Shown: one piece after another, positions 22,157 to 36,517 of the stretch | Position numbering within the stretch: the first letter of the stretch is position 1 | Layout of the letters: each line of letters opens with the position of its first letter | Assembly: GCF_036971445.1 (NCBI RefSeq) | Contig: NC_091470.1 | Span: 142,476,001 to 142,540,000, forward strand | Length of the DNA: 64,000 bases | Direction: 5' to 3' | Source of the DNA: Narcine bancroftii | Lineage: Eukaryota | Program-made: the position numbers and the translations under genes | The notes under the pieces: model-generated | Told to the model about the DNA's origin: nothing | Seen by the model: only the letters and a program-made list of their open reading frames with translations | Databases searched by the model: none

Positions 22157-23332
22157 GTTCCTGTCATGTAATAGAATAAAAATGTAATATACATGATAAA
22201 CGTTAACTTTTGTCTGTCCTAAGGCAAAAAAAAATGAGCCCCCAATAATAAGAGAGAGAAGCAAAAGAAAGTCCCTTCAGAGACGCTGACTGTCCATGGA
22301 TTCACCCCTAGAGCTTCTGCAGCTCTTGTCTGATCCATCGGCAACCTGAGCTCCAGATCCAAACCTCCAATATGACCAGGAAGCCTTCAACACCTGAGTC
22401 CCTTCAGGAGCCCTCTTGCCCTCTGCACCCTCTTGAATCCTGGTTTTGATACCTGATTCCCATGAGCCAGTCTTCAGCTGCCTGTGAAGGTCCTTCAACC
22501 ACAAGCCACCATCAGGCCGCAACTTGTGTGAGTTCTTCAAGTGGAGAGCCCTCTAGACTCCTAAAACTTAATTCCATGCTCTGTCACAGACAGTTTTTAC
22601 CAGCACAGCTAAAGATCATAAGATATGCTCAAAGCCTCTGAAGAATTGCATTATCTCTTGGAAATCTCTGGTCTATGACTGCTCAGAGAGCAGCAACATT
22701 CAGAACAGTTTGCAAACCTCGAGACTATGCAAGAGTAAACAGAGGAAGCAGGTCTCAAACCACCTGCCCCAAATGCAAATTGTACTCCATCTTCAAAGAA
22801 ATGGATGATTCAACAGCCTGGAAGTGAATTCTCGGCTGGGGTTTTGCCTTTTGACGATATGGCTATGTTCAAAGAACGGGAATCACATGGAATGCAGATT
22901 CTGGTGTCTAGGAGCAATTTGTGTTTAGCCTGATGGCTACTGCCTGCCAAATGGATTGATTACATTTCATATGGGGTGGGGTGTGGTCAGTCCCACTACA
23001 AACCATACAAGTCTTAGTTTCACCATCAGTGGGGTAACAGAATAGATGGATGCTGACATTTGTAAGGTAATAAAAGATTAGCTGCAATATAGTTTCTGGG
23101 ACAAAAGGAATAGGTTTGAGCCTGAAACGTTGGTCCGCCGAGTCTCCACAGCATTGTTTTAACTAGGCGTCATTCCATGACTCCTTTTTGATTTGCAGGT
23201 GATCTGTGAGCTGAGTTCTTTGCAAACCATAAAGTTGAAAGGCTAATGGAAGACACGTGGGATTTGTTATAGGTGGACACTTTGCTCAGCAGGGACAAGT
23301 TGGGTTGAAGGTTCTGCTTCATGACAATAGGA

Positions 23333-23462
23333 CGGTGGTTCTCAGCCTTTTTCTTTCCACCCACATCCCACCTTGAGCAATCCCTTCCTAATCACAGTAT
23401 ATATGGCATAGGGAATACTTAAAGTGGTATGTGAGTGGAAAGGAAAAGGCTGAGAACCACTG
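23333..23462. mobile_element. hAT/Charlie-like MITE
   Basis: TIRs cggtggttctcagcctttt / aaaaggctgagaaccactg; flanks caatagga / ctctagga resemble an NTCTAGAN-type 8-bp TSD. Confidence 0.75.
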
Positions 23463-25490
23463 CTCTAGGAGGAGAGAGGGCAGAGCCTCACTACTGGTCT
23501 CCCCTACCTTAGATGATCAGAGCATTTTCCATCCCGCCCTGACAATGCTTCATTTGCACGTTGTTAAGGGATGCAGATGATCTGCTGAATTTCTCAGACA
23601 TCTGAGGAAGCTGAGGCACTAATGCACTTTCTTGGACATGAGGCAGGATGGATCAGGACTGCTTAAAAAAACTCCACAGTTGGAAGCGTGTGAAGGAAAA
23701 TGCACTCTAATTTCATAATTACAGCAAAGTTTCAGAATAAACTGTACCAGTGGATGTACTCCCAGGCTCTCCAACAGCTGTGATGTGGATGGCAGCCAAC
23801 ATCTCAGTGCATCCCACATAAAGTACAAATGACCACACTGACAGCTATGGTTTAGATGAATGGTGCACAAGAGTTTCTTCCAATGTCCTGTCTGACTTTT
23901 CTCTACATTAAATTGTACAGAGTGGCAGTGATTAACCCTATCAATGTCTTTTTTGGCTTTTTAAGAGTCACTTGTCACTGAGGTTTAGCAACTTTCCTGA
24001 ACAGGAAAGTTGGTAGTGAATTTACATGTCATTTTGAGGTGGAGACTTTGATAACGAAGGGAATAAAGTAAATATAGAGGGAAAAAAAAACACTTGCGAA
24101 AAAGACATTCTTGAACGATTAGCATTTATATTCAAAATAAATTCTTGCAAGCTAGTAAACAAAATGGAATGGGAAACCGGTTACAACAATTGATTATTCC
24201 ATTCAGAATCGTGTGTTGCAAATTTTAATTCAACTACAGCTGTATGAGCAAGCATAAAGGAAAGGTAGAAAATGGTTACATTTGTAGTGTAGACATTATA
24301 AGAACATTAGAAATAGGAGCAGGAGTCGGCCAACTGGCCCATTGTGCCTGCTCAGCTATTTAATAAGATCATAACTGATCATTGACAAATAAATTTATAT
24401 GGAAATATCTTTTAAGTGATTGGAAAACAAGGCCAAGAACTGTGGTGTGGCACACCAGGGACAATGCAATGGGGAGCTGTCAATTGTTCAAAGGGACAAG
24501 CCCCTCAGGTTGTGTGGTCAATTGCTCTGGTTTAAACCATCTCTTTCAGAATCTCTAAGGCTAGGTTTTATTGTACTGGAGAATGAGGAAGCCACTTGGA
24601 AAAGTTTCTGAAATTAATGATTGAGAAACACAAAACCTGCAGACACTGAAATCTTGGGCGAACAACAACCTGCTGGAGGTGTTTAATGGGTTAGCCAGCA
24701 TCGCTGGGATGAAGTGATCAGCCAGTATTTCAGGTTAGCACCCTTGTTTCGAGGCAGGCTCTCCACCCGAAACGTTTCTCTCCACAGATGCTGCCTGACC
24801 TGAGTCCCTCCAGCTCCTGTTTGCTTGATTAAAAATGAGCAATGGCCATCTTCCCTACGAACAATCAACAGCTCACTGAGTTCCCCTAATTGCGACTCAT
24901 AAATGGAGCACTGTGGGGCTGACTGGGGAGGGGAATATCCCCTGCACAGTTGCAGCACCTCAGTGACAGAAGGAAAGCCAATACCAGCATCCATAGACCA
25001 ATTATCAAGGCCACATTAAAACTGAGGTGGCTATGTCCCACACTTCTCTCAAGCACTTCCCCATTGACCCCTCCTGACAGGGAGATTGAGCCATTGAATA
25101 TGTCTTAAAAATTCTCATACAACTGAAGCATTTTTGCTTAATTGTAAAATTTATCAATTTGAAAGCATCTTGAACCATAGTGATTAGTTTGTAATGGAGT
25201 TGGAAAGATGACGGATTATGGAGAGGTTGTGTATTGGAACGGGTTGTGTGTTTTTAGTGTACTTCTCTGCATTTTGAAGGAATTTTGAGAAATAGTGGGG
25301 TTTGTGGAACCTGGTCAACCCACCGCAGTGATCAGGAATGTGAAGGTTCTGTTGGACAGGGAGTTCCGGCCACTCAGGGATCAGGAGATGAGTGATGACT
25401 GAAGTGAAACACGGAGATGCTGGAGGAAGCGGATGGCATTGATAGTGACTTTTCTGTGACACCATTTCCTCCATCTATCCTCATTTCTCC

Positions 25491-25494
<4 letters not shown>

Positions 25495-25531
<37 letters not shown>

Positions 25532-25546
25532 CCCCCCCCCCCCCCC
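25495..25546. repeat. (CT)n microsatellite followed by poly-C
   Basis: Directly visible. Confidence 0.9.
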
Positions 25547-26810
25547 TTTTCCCTTACCTCTAGGCATTTTCAAGCAGGGAAAACACCCATCTGTAAAGGC
25601 GGAGGTTCTTCACCCTAAGACTTGAATGCACCGTGGCTGGCTTCGAAGCGCCGATTCCAACCCTTTTTGGGGAAGGATAATCCTGACATGAATGTACAGC
25701 CGCTGCAAGTGACTGATTAGGGGTGTGCTGATGATGCCATCAGCCTGTGACCCATCTCCCTCTATGACCCACTCAAAGCAGTTGAGGCAGCGGGAGCCAT
25801 CAGGGGCGGCCAGTGCAGGATGTGGCAGCCTCACCGGGCCGCTTCGGCCTTCGGGGCTGCTCTCTGTGGCTCAAAACACGGCAGAGCAATGGCTGTTCTC
25901 CTTACCCATAATCCCCCATGCAGCTGGAACTGTTCTGGGAAACACAGCGGTTCCAGAGGATTATGGGAAGGGAACATGCCCATTACTCTGCCACGTATTT
26001 ATGACAGGCACCAGTAACCCTGCCTCCATCGGATCTGGAGGGAGCCTCTCCATATGAATGGGACGCTGGAGCAGCCTTTTAGGGCTGCTGTCTGAAAGGT
26101 AAGTTTTAAGTTTCCGATCTGCTCTTGTAGCCGGCCTCCAGGTAGGGGCCTGACATGAAATGGCCGACTGGCTCCTTTCCTCCAGCTCTGCATTCACAGA
26201 GCCACCCCTCCCTCGATCAGTTCTCGCCTCTCCTCTCCTGTCCAACTCTCAACCTTTCTTTGTTGGCCTGTGCTCCTCCCCCTGTCCTTTCTTCCCTTTA
26301 CCCCTGCCTTTTTATTCTGGCACCCACCTGCTTTTTACTCATACCTTGAAGAAGGGCTCAGGCCTCAGGTAATGTATCTTTACCCTCTATGAGCACTGTG
26401 AGACCTGCTGAGTTTAAGTGTGATGTGTAGAACTGACTTGTGTTTAAAAACACTGGCCATTCCTTTCCAAAGTAGAAAAAAAGCAAATGCTCGATCTTTC
26501 ATGAAGAAATTCGTTCTGGAATTGACACTGGTGTTAACTCCTCAGCAGGGATTCCCTATCAACCATCAACTCCCCGGATACCATTTCTCTTCAGCACAAT
26601 GACTAAAATTAGAGGCCAATTGCTAATTACATTCTCAATTAAAAGTGATCTTGAAAATGCATAAATAATGGAGTATTGGCCCTGAAACAAAAGGCAATTT
26701 TGGAAACTTATTTTGGTTTTTAGGTCTAAGGTAAGCAAAATAAAATTATTGGATGGCAGCTAAAGGATTGACACAAGTAACCAAGTTTGGGGGGGTGGTG
26801 GTTGGTTGTA

Positions 26811-26960
26811 TCAAATTTTGCTGATTTTTTTGTTGATCCACTTTATATACTTTGCTACATTTGTGTAAACACCTGGGTATTTGTAATGTGCACAGCTGAT
26901 CCCCCAGGAGACAATTCCTTGAACGACTCCGTTGCAGATCAATGGTCCTCCAGAATCACC
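26811..26960 (-). CDS. Serine protease A exon 5 (catalytic Ser, stop)
   Basis: tttcag|GGTGATTCTGGAGGA...TGA; [49 protein letters not shown]. Total CDS 762 nt, 253 aa. Confidence 0.94.
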   Translation of the reverse strand, partial: GDSGGPLICNGVVQGIVSWGISCAHYKYPGVYTNVAKYIKWINKKISKI

Positions 26961-28544
26961 CTGAAAGGGAAAACGTGGAAGAAAATCAGAATCTGGATGA
27001 GAAACTATCAATGATTTTAATTATATTCTCATCTCATTGATGTGTAGTTTTATACAGTAAAACCCCTAATATCTAGAATTCAAGCAACCAGCAAAACTAA
27101 TTGCGGAAAATAAACGGGAAAAAAAAACAAGCTTAAAATCGGCATGCCTCGCCATCACGCAACTGGAAAACTCGCTAGGTGCCGGATACCAGGTGTTTTA
27201 CCATATATTATCTTCACTGAGACAAACTCTGAGGCAAATAACTGAAGCATTTCTATTTTTAAGGCATTGACTCTGTCATTTTAATCTGTAAAATTAAAAG
27301 TGGTTGCAAATCAAATTTAAAATTTAAAAAGTCACAGAATGTGAGGATAAGATTAGTTGTGATGAAAGGTCATTGATCTGAAATTCTCTTTTCACAGATA
27401 TCATCTGATCTGTTGAGTATTTCCTGTATTTCTGTGTGTTTAGGAATTAATCCACTAATGGTAAGCATCCTCTGCCCCCTCCCCACTGGTCCTCCTGTAC
27501 ACATCCCTGCAGCAAAGTCTGAGCACTATTAATTTTGTATTTGGTGGTATTTGAGAAGATTGTGCATCTTCCTTTTTCTTCCAAAAGTGCTACCAATATT
27601 GTCTCACACCCCAACACACTCTTCTCCCTCCTCCCCTCAGTGAGAAGGCTTGAGAGTATGAAACCGTGCACCAACAGGCTCAAAGAGAGTTTCTTCCTGG
27701 CAGCCATCAGGCTCCTGAATGAACCCCACCAAAGTGCTGCCCTTGCTTGGTAGTAATGGATATTTCCTGTCACTGTCATTCTTTCCTCTGTAAACGAAGC
27801 TCCTGACTTGACTTGTATGAATGAATGTTAGAGATAACCCATCAGTATGTTCACAGAAGAACTCTTCTCACTGGATTTTGTGACAAATAAACTTGAACAA
27901 ACCTGATTTTTATGGTCAGAGAGGAAATCCTGGGTCACATCCTCTCTAGACTAGGACGTGTAGTTTAATTCCAATATCTCATGGCCGAGCAGCCTAATGA
28001 CTGTTCAGTTGTGAAGCTTTGAGTAGCAAGCATTCCTTACTAGGGACTTGCAATTAGCATTCAATTCTAGCTTACTTTTGAGTCTGCTTCCCATGGATGC
28101 TGCTTGACCTGCTGAGTTTATCCAGCACTTTAGTGTATTGCTTTGGTCTGCATCTGAAATAGCCAAGGGAATGCTGTCCCTCTCTGCCCATTGCAACATC
28201 ATATTACAACAGTTCTTTCTGTCAATACACATCTCAATGCGAAACATTCTCAGAACAATACAGACTAAATACACTGGACAACAGATTTTTCTTCCTGAAC
28301 ACTTTTGGGTGTGTTTTATGGATTTTGGGCTGCTGACCACAAAAATCACCTTAACATTTTTCTATCACGTACCATTTTTTGAATATAATCTATTTTTGTG
28401 ATTTTTCTGTCATATTTTAAGTCCACTTGTATATTGCCCAGAAAGCAAGCTATTTCAGTCAGTCCAAGTATTCCTGGACATGCACTCAGTGCAGGTGCTA
28501 TGCAAATGTTGTCATAGGCCTGGTCGTGCATGAAAGACATTTAT

Positions 28545-31500
28545 AACCATAGAACATGACAACACAGAAATAGGCCATTCAGCCATTCTAGCATATGCCG
28601 AAATATCATTCCACGAGTCCCACTGACCTGCACCCATTCCATAACCACCAGGCCTGTCCCATCCATGTATCTATCCAATTAATTCTTAAAATTTAAAAGT
28701 GAGCCTTCATTTACCATGTCAGATGACAGCTCATTCCACACTCCCACACTCTCTGAGTGAAGAAGTTCCCCCTAAACCTTTCACCCTAAAGCCATGTCCT
28801 CTCGTATTTATCTCTCCTAATCTGTGGAAAGAGTCTACTCTGTCTATAAGCTTCATAATTTTGTAAACCTCTATCAAATTTCCCCTCATCTACGCTCCAA
28901 GGAATAAAATCCTAAACTGTTTAATCTTCCTTGTAACTCGGTTCCTGAAGACCCAGCAACATCCTAGAAAATTTTCTCTGCACTCTTTCAATCTTACTGA
29001 TATACTTCCTGTAATTGGGTGACCAGAATTGCACACAAAATTCCAAATTTGGCCTCACCAATGTCTTATACAATCTCATCCATAACATCCCAACTCCTAT
29101 AGTCAATACTTTGATTTATGAAGGCCAAGATGCCAAAAGCTTTCTTGACAACCCTGTCTACATGTGACGCCACTTTTAGGGAACTATGTACTTGTATCCC
29201 AGATCCTTTTATTCCTCCACACTCCTCAGTGCCCTACCATTTACCGTGTATATCCTATCTTGGTTTGTCCTTCCAAACTGCCACACTTCATTTGTCTGTA
29301 TTATATTCCACCTTCCATTTCCTTTCTCATTTTTTCAGTTGGTCCAGATCCTCCTGCAATCTTTGAGAGCCTTCCTCGCTGTCCACAACGCCTCCAATCT
29401 TAGTGTCATCAGCAAACCTGCTTATCCAATTTCCCACATTATCATCCAGATCATTGATATGGACATCAAACAACAATGGTCCCAGCACCAATCCCTGAGG
29501 CCACACCACTAATTACAGGCCTCCAGTCTGAGAAGCAATCAACCACTACCACCTCCGTCTTCTCTCATTCATCCAATTATGAATCCAGTTTACAACCTCT
29601 CCATGGATACCTAGTGTCTAAACTTCTGAACTAATCTCCCATTTGGGACATTGTAAAAGGCCTTACTAAAGTCCACATAGACAATATTCACAGCCTTTCC
29701 TTCATCTATCTTCCTGGTAGCCTTTTTAAAAAAAACTATAAGATTCATTAAACACAACTACCACGAACAAAGCCATGCTGACTATCCTTAATTAGTCCTT
29801 GACTGTCCAAATACTTCTAAATCCAATATCTCAACACCCTCCAATAATTTACCTACTACTGACGTTAGACTCTCTGGCCTGTAATTTCCTGGTTTTCTTT
29901 TGGAGCCTTTTTTAAACCACGGAACAACATGAGCTACCCTTCAATCCTCCAGGACCCCACCCTTGGCTAAGGACATTTTAAATATTTCTGTCAGGGCCCC
30001 TGCAATTTTGACACATCTCCCTCAAGGTCTGAGGGAATATCATGTCAAGCCTGGGGGATTTATCTACCTTTATTCACTGTAAGGCAGCAAGCACCACCTC
30101 CTCTTTAATCTCTATGTTCCATGCTACTACTGCTTGGTTCCCTTCCTTCCTTAAACACTATGCCAGTTTCCTGTCGAAATACTGATGCAAAAAAAAACTG
30201 TTTAAGATCTTTCCCCCATCTCATGATGGTCCACACATAGACTACCACTCTGATCTTTTAGGGGACCAATTTTGTCCCTTATCCTTTTACTCTTAACATA
30301 CTTGTAGAAGCCCTTGGGGTTTACCTTCACAGCCTCGTCTTGTTGCCTTTCTGATTTCCTTTAAGTATTTTCTTATATTTAGTACCTCATTTGCTACTTG
30401 TTGCCTATACCTGCTATACACCTTCTTAATCAGATCACTAATATCCCTTGAAAATCAAGGTTCCCTATGCCCTGTTATCTTTGCTTTCAATCCTTACAGG
30501 AGCATGTAAACTCTGCACTCTCAAAATTTTGTCTTTGAAGTCCTTCCATTTAATGAATATATCCTTGCCAAAAAACAACATCCCAATTCACTTTTCACAA
30601 AATTGGCCTTTCTCCAATATAGAACCTCAAACTGAGGTTCAGACCTATCCCTTATCCATAAATAACTTGAAACTAATGACATTATGGTCACTGGACCCAA
30701 AATATTCACCTACACATACTTCTATCACCTGACCTGTCTGGTTCCCTAAAAGGAGATCCATCCTCTCTCATTGGTACCTCTACATACTAATTTAGAAAAC
30801 TTTCTTGAACACATTTGACAAACTTCAAGCCACAAGCCCTTTACAGTATGGGAGTCCCAGTCAATATGTGGAAAGTTAAAATCTCCTACTATCACAACTT
30901 CCTGTTTATTACATCAGTCTGCTATTTCTCTACAGACTTGCTCCTCCAATTCTCTCTAACTATTGGGTGGTCTATAAATACAACCTTATCAGTCTGGTCA
31001 CACCTTTCCTGTTCCTCAGCTCCACCCACATGCTCTCTGTAAACGAGCCCTCTGGGCTGTCTTGTTTAAGCACAGCTGTGATATTTTCCCTGACTAGCAA
31101 TGCCACTCCTCCCCTCTATCACATCTGAAACAACAGAACCCCAGAACATTGAGCTGCCAGTCCTGCCCCTCCTGCAACCAAGTCTCACTAACAGTAATAA
31201 TATGCCAATCCATACCCTAAGCTCATCTGCCTTACCGATAATATTCCTTGCATTGAAATAAATACTCCTGAGAACATTACATTCAATTTACACATCTTTT
31301 TCCTTCTCCACTCCCCTATCTGCTCTGACACTCTGGTGCCCTGCCAATCTAGTTTAAACCCCCCCCCACCACAGCAGGACCTGCAAACCTACCGCTTGGA
31401 TTTAATAGTTAATCCCCCTCCAGTTCAGGTGCATATTGTCCCATCAGAACAGGTCCTCCGCTTCCCTGGAGCGGAGCCCAATGGTCCAGAAACATGAAGC

Positions 31501-32300
31501 ATCCCTCCTGCACCATCTCTTTAGCCACGTGTTCAGCTGCATTCATTTCCTGTTTTGAGCCTCACCAGCATGTGGCACAGGCAGCACCCCTGAGATCGCA
31601 ACCCTGGAGGTCTTGACTCCTTAAATTCTCTCTGGAGGACCTCCTCACCCTTTCTACCCATGTCATTGGTCCCTACGTGGACCACAACATCTGGGTGGTT
31701 ACCCTCGCTCCTGAGAATTTTGAAAACTCGACCCAAGATATCACAGACCCTGGCACCAGGGAAGCAACAGACAATTGGGATTCTCAATCTCTCCCACAGA
31801 ACCTCTTATCTGTCCCCCTAGCTATCAAATCCCCTATCTCTAATGTTCTCTTCTTTTCCCTCCTTCCTTTCTGAGCTGAAACCCCAGTATTGGTGCCAGA
31901 GACGTGACCACTACAACTTGTTTCTGGTAGGTCGTCCCACCATTAATATCCAAAACTGTATTGATGGGAATGTCCACAGGAGTCCTCTGCTCTCTCTGTC
32001 TATTTTCCTTCCATCTCCTGACAGTCATCCAGCTATCTGCCTCCTGACATTTGGGGGTGTCTGTCTCCCTGAAGCTCCTCTCTTATAATCTCTCTCTAAT
32101 GATTCAGAGTTCATCCAGCTCCAGTTCCTTAACTTGGTTTGTCAGTAGCTGCAGCTGGATGTACCTTTTGCAGGTGTAGCCGTCAAGGGTCATTATGCTG
32201 CCCCAGATTTCCCACATCCCACAGTCAGACCAATCTGCTGCCCTAGCCGACTCCATTACCTACTCCTAATTTAAACCTCTCTTGAAGTAAGATCATCCTC
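28545..32300 (-). mobile_element. Long decayed CR1 LINE (ORF1 esterase plus ORF2) in protease A intron 4
   Basis: ORF1 SGNH-esterase motifs CFPGARV / VVVHVGTND at 31533-31787; RT PQGxVLGPLLF..INDLD..FADDTK at 29327-29509; LYKTLVRPNLEFCVQFWSP at 28921-29106; many frameshifts. Confidence 0.88.
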
Positions 32301-32947
32301 AACTCACCGAAGCCTCTTGAGTCAAAGCTACACTCCTCCCTGGCTGCTCCTGTTTAGCTTCCCCTCCTTCTATTTGTCCCCGCCAATGATCTCACGTATT
32401 CACTCTCAGAAATCAACACTTTCTCACCCTTCTGTTGCCCTCCATGCTCTTTTTAAAACTTTTTAAACCTCACTCACCTAGGTTGATTTCGTCCACCCAC
32501 TGCTCTCCTGAATCTCTTGCTCCTCCTTTTACTCCAACAAAAGATGTACCAAACTAAATCCACTGATTGACAACATGCTTCAAGTATGGTGATATCAGGT
32601 CAACTGTAATCCATCTATGCTGGCCAACATTGTTGGACACTGACATGAGAGGCATCAGATGCCAAGTGCAAATGAAAATCAAAGGTAAAACATTTTTAGG
32701 TCAGTTGAACTAAGGGGATGTGCCAGCATTATTATACGATTAAGCATGCTAAATTCAGTGTAAGTTAATTAATGTTTTTCCAACTTCCTTCATGATGCAG
32801 CAAATCTGAAATGATCTTTGTTCAGCTTGAAGTTGTCTATCATAATCCCCAATTTTTATTCAGCAAGAAAACCTTCTGAAAAATTTGTTGTCCACTGATA
32901 AATGGTGCAAATAAATGGTAGTTAGCAGACACATACATATTACATAC

Positions 32948-33214
32948 CTGACAAGAATCCTTGCCTCCCTTGCGATACCCTGCACAGATCATGTAGATAT
33001 TCACTCTTCCATTGTAAGAGGAAGGCCCATTGCACTTGTAGCGAGAAATAATTGGAACCTGAACAGCCATGAGCACATCTGATAGGCTGTAACTGAAAAC
33101 TGTAGTGACTCCCCATCCTGAGACTGTACATAAAGTATCTTTAGGCACTGTTCTTGCAGAAGTTGGAATAGGTATGGGACTGATGTATGCATTCTGTCTT
33201 GCTGGCTTGTTAAT
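32948..33214 (-). CDS. Serine protease A exon 4
   Basis: atcag|ATTAACAAG...TGTCAG|gtatgt, 267 nt; INKPARQNAYISPIPIP...CTVSGWG...MICAGYRKGGKDSCQ. Confidence 0.92.
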
Positions 33215-33684
33215 CTGATATATATATTATATATATGTAAAAAAGAGGTGTTACATATCGTGCAATTACCAAGCTGATATAACATAGAACATTAGAAGCA
33301 CAGTACAGTACAGGCCCTTCAGCCCACAATGTGGTGCTGACCTATATAAAACTACTCGACAACCTAAACCTGTTCTACCTCACATATGTAACCCTCTTAA
33401 ATGTTACTCTGAAGGTATCAAAGTACATAGAACCCACACCTACACATCCACGATTGAGAAATGGTAACTAATTGCAGGAGAACAGGTTTACATTTGGAAG
33501 AGTAACAAAGTTCCAAGTCTCTTTCACATCTTTTTAGTTTGCGAAAACCACATCTGGTGATAATAAAGATCTCGTCTTATAACATTATTTAAATGCAGCG
33601 GCTAAAATCCATGAAGCAGCATGCATCTGTCTACATTTGGTCACAAGCACCCTTTCCTTGGTTCAACCCTTAAAGTTCTACAGA

Positions 33685-34264
33685 TTAAAAAGTAAAAGCA
33701 CACTGCTGGAGAACTCAGCAGGTCAGGCAGTGTACTTTATGCAGCAAAGATAAAAATACATAAGCAGGTTTCAGGTTTAGCCCTTGAAGCTATGAGCAAA
33801 ATATCAGCAGGTGCCCGAACCATTGGAGCAACACCTGATATTCCATCTGGGCACTCTCCAACCAGATGGCATCAACATCGAATTCTCCAGTGTCTGCTTG
33901 TCCACTCACTACTCTTCCTTTCTTCCCCGTTGCTCTGTCTTTCCACCAGCTCTCCACCCCTTCCCTCCATTCATAGAGCCATTTCCCCCCCCCCCCCCCA
34001 CCCTGTTTGCTGGTGTGCCCTCCCTCCCTTTTCCAGCTATTACCTTCTGCCTGTGGGACTATGTTCCTTTCCCCCCCCACCCCACAACATTTTATTTGGG
34101 TGCCTGTCTACATTTTGTTTAGACCTTGATGAAGGACTCAAGCCCGAAACTTTGGTTATGTATCTTTATCTTTGCTACATACAGAACATTCTGACCTGCT
34201 GACTTTCTCCAGTATAGTGTTTTTAGTTCAACCATGGTGACTGCAGACTTTTATGTTTCACTTC
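33685..34264 (+). mobile_element. Penelope-derived element with inverted terminal arm
   Basis: Contains EQHLIFHLGTLQPDGINIEFS (Penelope C-terminus); TSD aagttcta(c/t)aga at 33673-33684 and 34265-34276. Confidence 0.78.
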
Positions 34265-34309
34265 AAGTTCTATAGAATGTTTAGATTTCACCTGGTCCTA
34301 ACATCTCCA

Positions 34310-35239
34310 TTAGTGAACACACAGAAATGCTGGAGGAACACAGCCGGTCTTTTCAGCGTCTATAGGAGACAAAGATATATTAGCAACGTTTCGGAACTGA
34401 ACCCTTCTTCAAGGAAAAATCAGAAAAGGTAGAAGTAGAATTCAGAAAGTCTCAGAATTCAAACAATGAGGGAGGAATCCAGATCATCAAAAGGTGTTAA
34501 TTGGATGTGATAAGGGACTAGGTAGAATTTTTCATGTCTGTGTGAAAGGAGACAGGGAATGGGGAGAGGATGGGGAAAGTGGGAAGGGTTTAACAAAACC
34601 CAGAGAAGTTCATATTAATGCCATCTGGTTGGAGGGAGCCCAGTCTGAAGATGAGGTGTTGTTCCTCCAATTTATGGGTGGTTTCAGTCTAACAGTGCAT
34701 GACACTATGGACAGACATGTCAGCAAGGGAATGGGATGGGGAATTGAGGTGGGTGCCCACTGGGAGATCCACACGATTGTGGTGGACAGAGCTGAGATGC
34801 TAAACAAAGAGATCTCCCAGTCTGCAGACAGTTTCCGATGTAAAGACCACACCTCCTCCTCTGGGCACCTTCCAACTGGATGGCATTAATAGTGACTTCT
34901 CTGGCTTTTTTTAACCCCAAAACCACCCCCCCCCTCTCAGTTGTCTCTCCATTCCGGCTCCTTTCGCACAGATATGATCAATTCTACCTAGTCCTTATCA
35001 CATCTAATTAATATCTTTTGTTAGTCTGGATTCCTCCCCCATTGTTTGAATTCTGAGACTTTCTGATATATCCTGCTTCTACCTTTTCTGATTTGTTTTT
35101 TCCTTGAAGAAGGGCTCAGGCCTGAAACATTGGCCATATCTCTTTGTCTCCTATGGACACTGAATAGACTGGCTGAGTTCCTCCATAATTTTGGTGTGTT
35201 TACTACAATCACAGTGTCTGCAGCTGATCATGTTTCACT
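34310..35239. mobile_element. Penelope-derived element forming a long inverted repeat
   Basis: Arms of about 330 bp (34315-34650 and 34860-35200) are reverse complements; TSD ccta(a/t)catctcca at 34297-34309 and 35240-35252. Confidence 0.8.
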
Positions 35240-35594
35240 CCTATCATCTCCACGAAGCATATTATGTTGATGATTTATTGACAATGAGATACAGAACAGA
35301 AACAGGTCATTTAGCCCATCTCATCCAGATTGGTCTCTTTTTTTTCCCCTACAAGCCTTCTCCCACCTTCTCAACATGTTGCCTCTTCCTTTCTCTGATC
35401 ATTTGTATCTCTCTTCTTCTCAATCACATCCCAACCACATTCTACTTCCACATTTCCAATGCAAGTGGATGTATCCAACATGTAGCTCTACTTTTGGGAC
35501 CATTTACTCCAGTGTTTTTGACATGGGATGGGGTAAATGGGAAAGGAGGTAGGGTGGGGATTGTGACAGAGATTACAACCGGTTCAACAATATT

Positions 35595-35820
35595 GGGGCG
35601 GCGTGGTTAGTGTAGCACTTAGTGCGATGCTGCTACAGGTACAAATCCTGTGCTCTCTGCAAGGAATTTGCTCGTTCTCCCTGTGTCTGCGTGGGCTTTC
35701 CCCCAGGGACTCTGGTTTCTCCCATCCTTCAAAACGTACCAGGAGCTCTAGGTCAATTGGGTGAAATTGAGTGACATGGGTTCGTAAAAATTAAATAAAA
35801 ATAAAAATTAAATTTAAAAA
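35595..35820 (+). mobile_element. tRNA-derived SINE (HE1/V-SINE-like)
   Basis: ggggcggcgtggttag head, V-SINE core, A-rich tail. Confidence 0.75.
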
Positions 35821-36152
35821 TATTGAAGGGAACCTAGTTAATGGTCACGGAGCATAAAAACAGACTTCTGGCCCAGCACCTCCATGTGATCTTTTTGTCC
35901 AGCTGCACCGACCCCATCTGCCTGCATGAGGCCTGTAACCTTCTCTGCTTTTGCCTCTATGTGTCTGTCATAATGTCTCTGAATCAGTGATTGTATAAGA
36001 ACATAAGAAATGGGAGCAGGAGTCGGCCATCCGGCCCATCAAGCCTGCTCCACTATTCGATGAGATGCTGATCTGATGATAGGTTCATCTCCACCTACCT
36101 GCCTTTTCCCCCATTTCCTTTAATTCCCCAATAATGTAAAAAATCTATCCAA

Positions 36153-36517
36153 GTAAACACGAAAGTGTGCAGACACTGTGGTTGAAGTAAAAACACAAAG
36201 CTGGAGAAACTCAGCAGGTCAAACAGCAAAGGTAAAAATACATGATCGCCATTTTGGACAGGCTCTTCATCAAGGAGTGGAAAAATGTCACCCAGCCATC
36301 TCTCTTCCCCCGCTCACTGTTGTCCCTTCCCTCCCTTCTCTACTTATTACCTCCTGCCTTTGTGACCATACCTCTAGGACACCCTTCTTTTATTTGGACA
36401 CCTGCCAATATTTTTCCGTACCGTGATGAAGGGCTCAAACATTGGTTCTGTATTTTTACCTTTGCTATGTAAAGGACGCTGTTTCACCTGCTGATTTCTC
36501 TAGTATTGTGTTTTTAC
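36153..36517. mobile_element. Palindromic Penelope-derived mini-element nested in a CR1-type 3' fragment (about 35995-36720)
   Basis: Inverted arms; aaaaatctat is duplicated on both sides and the host sequence resumes after it. Confidence 0.72.

Noticed and set aside
25560-26140. GC-richer block with several ORFs of 65-110 aa
   Set aside because: No recognisable protein motif or consistent splice signals; more likely an old unclassified repeat.
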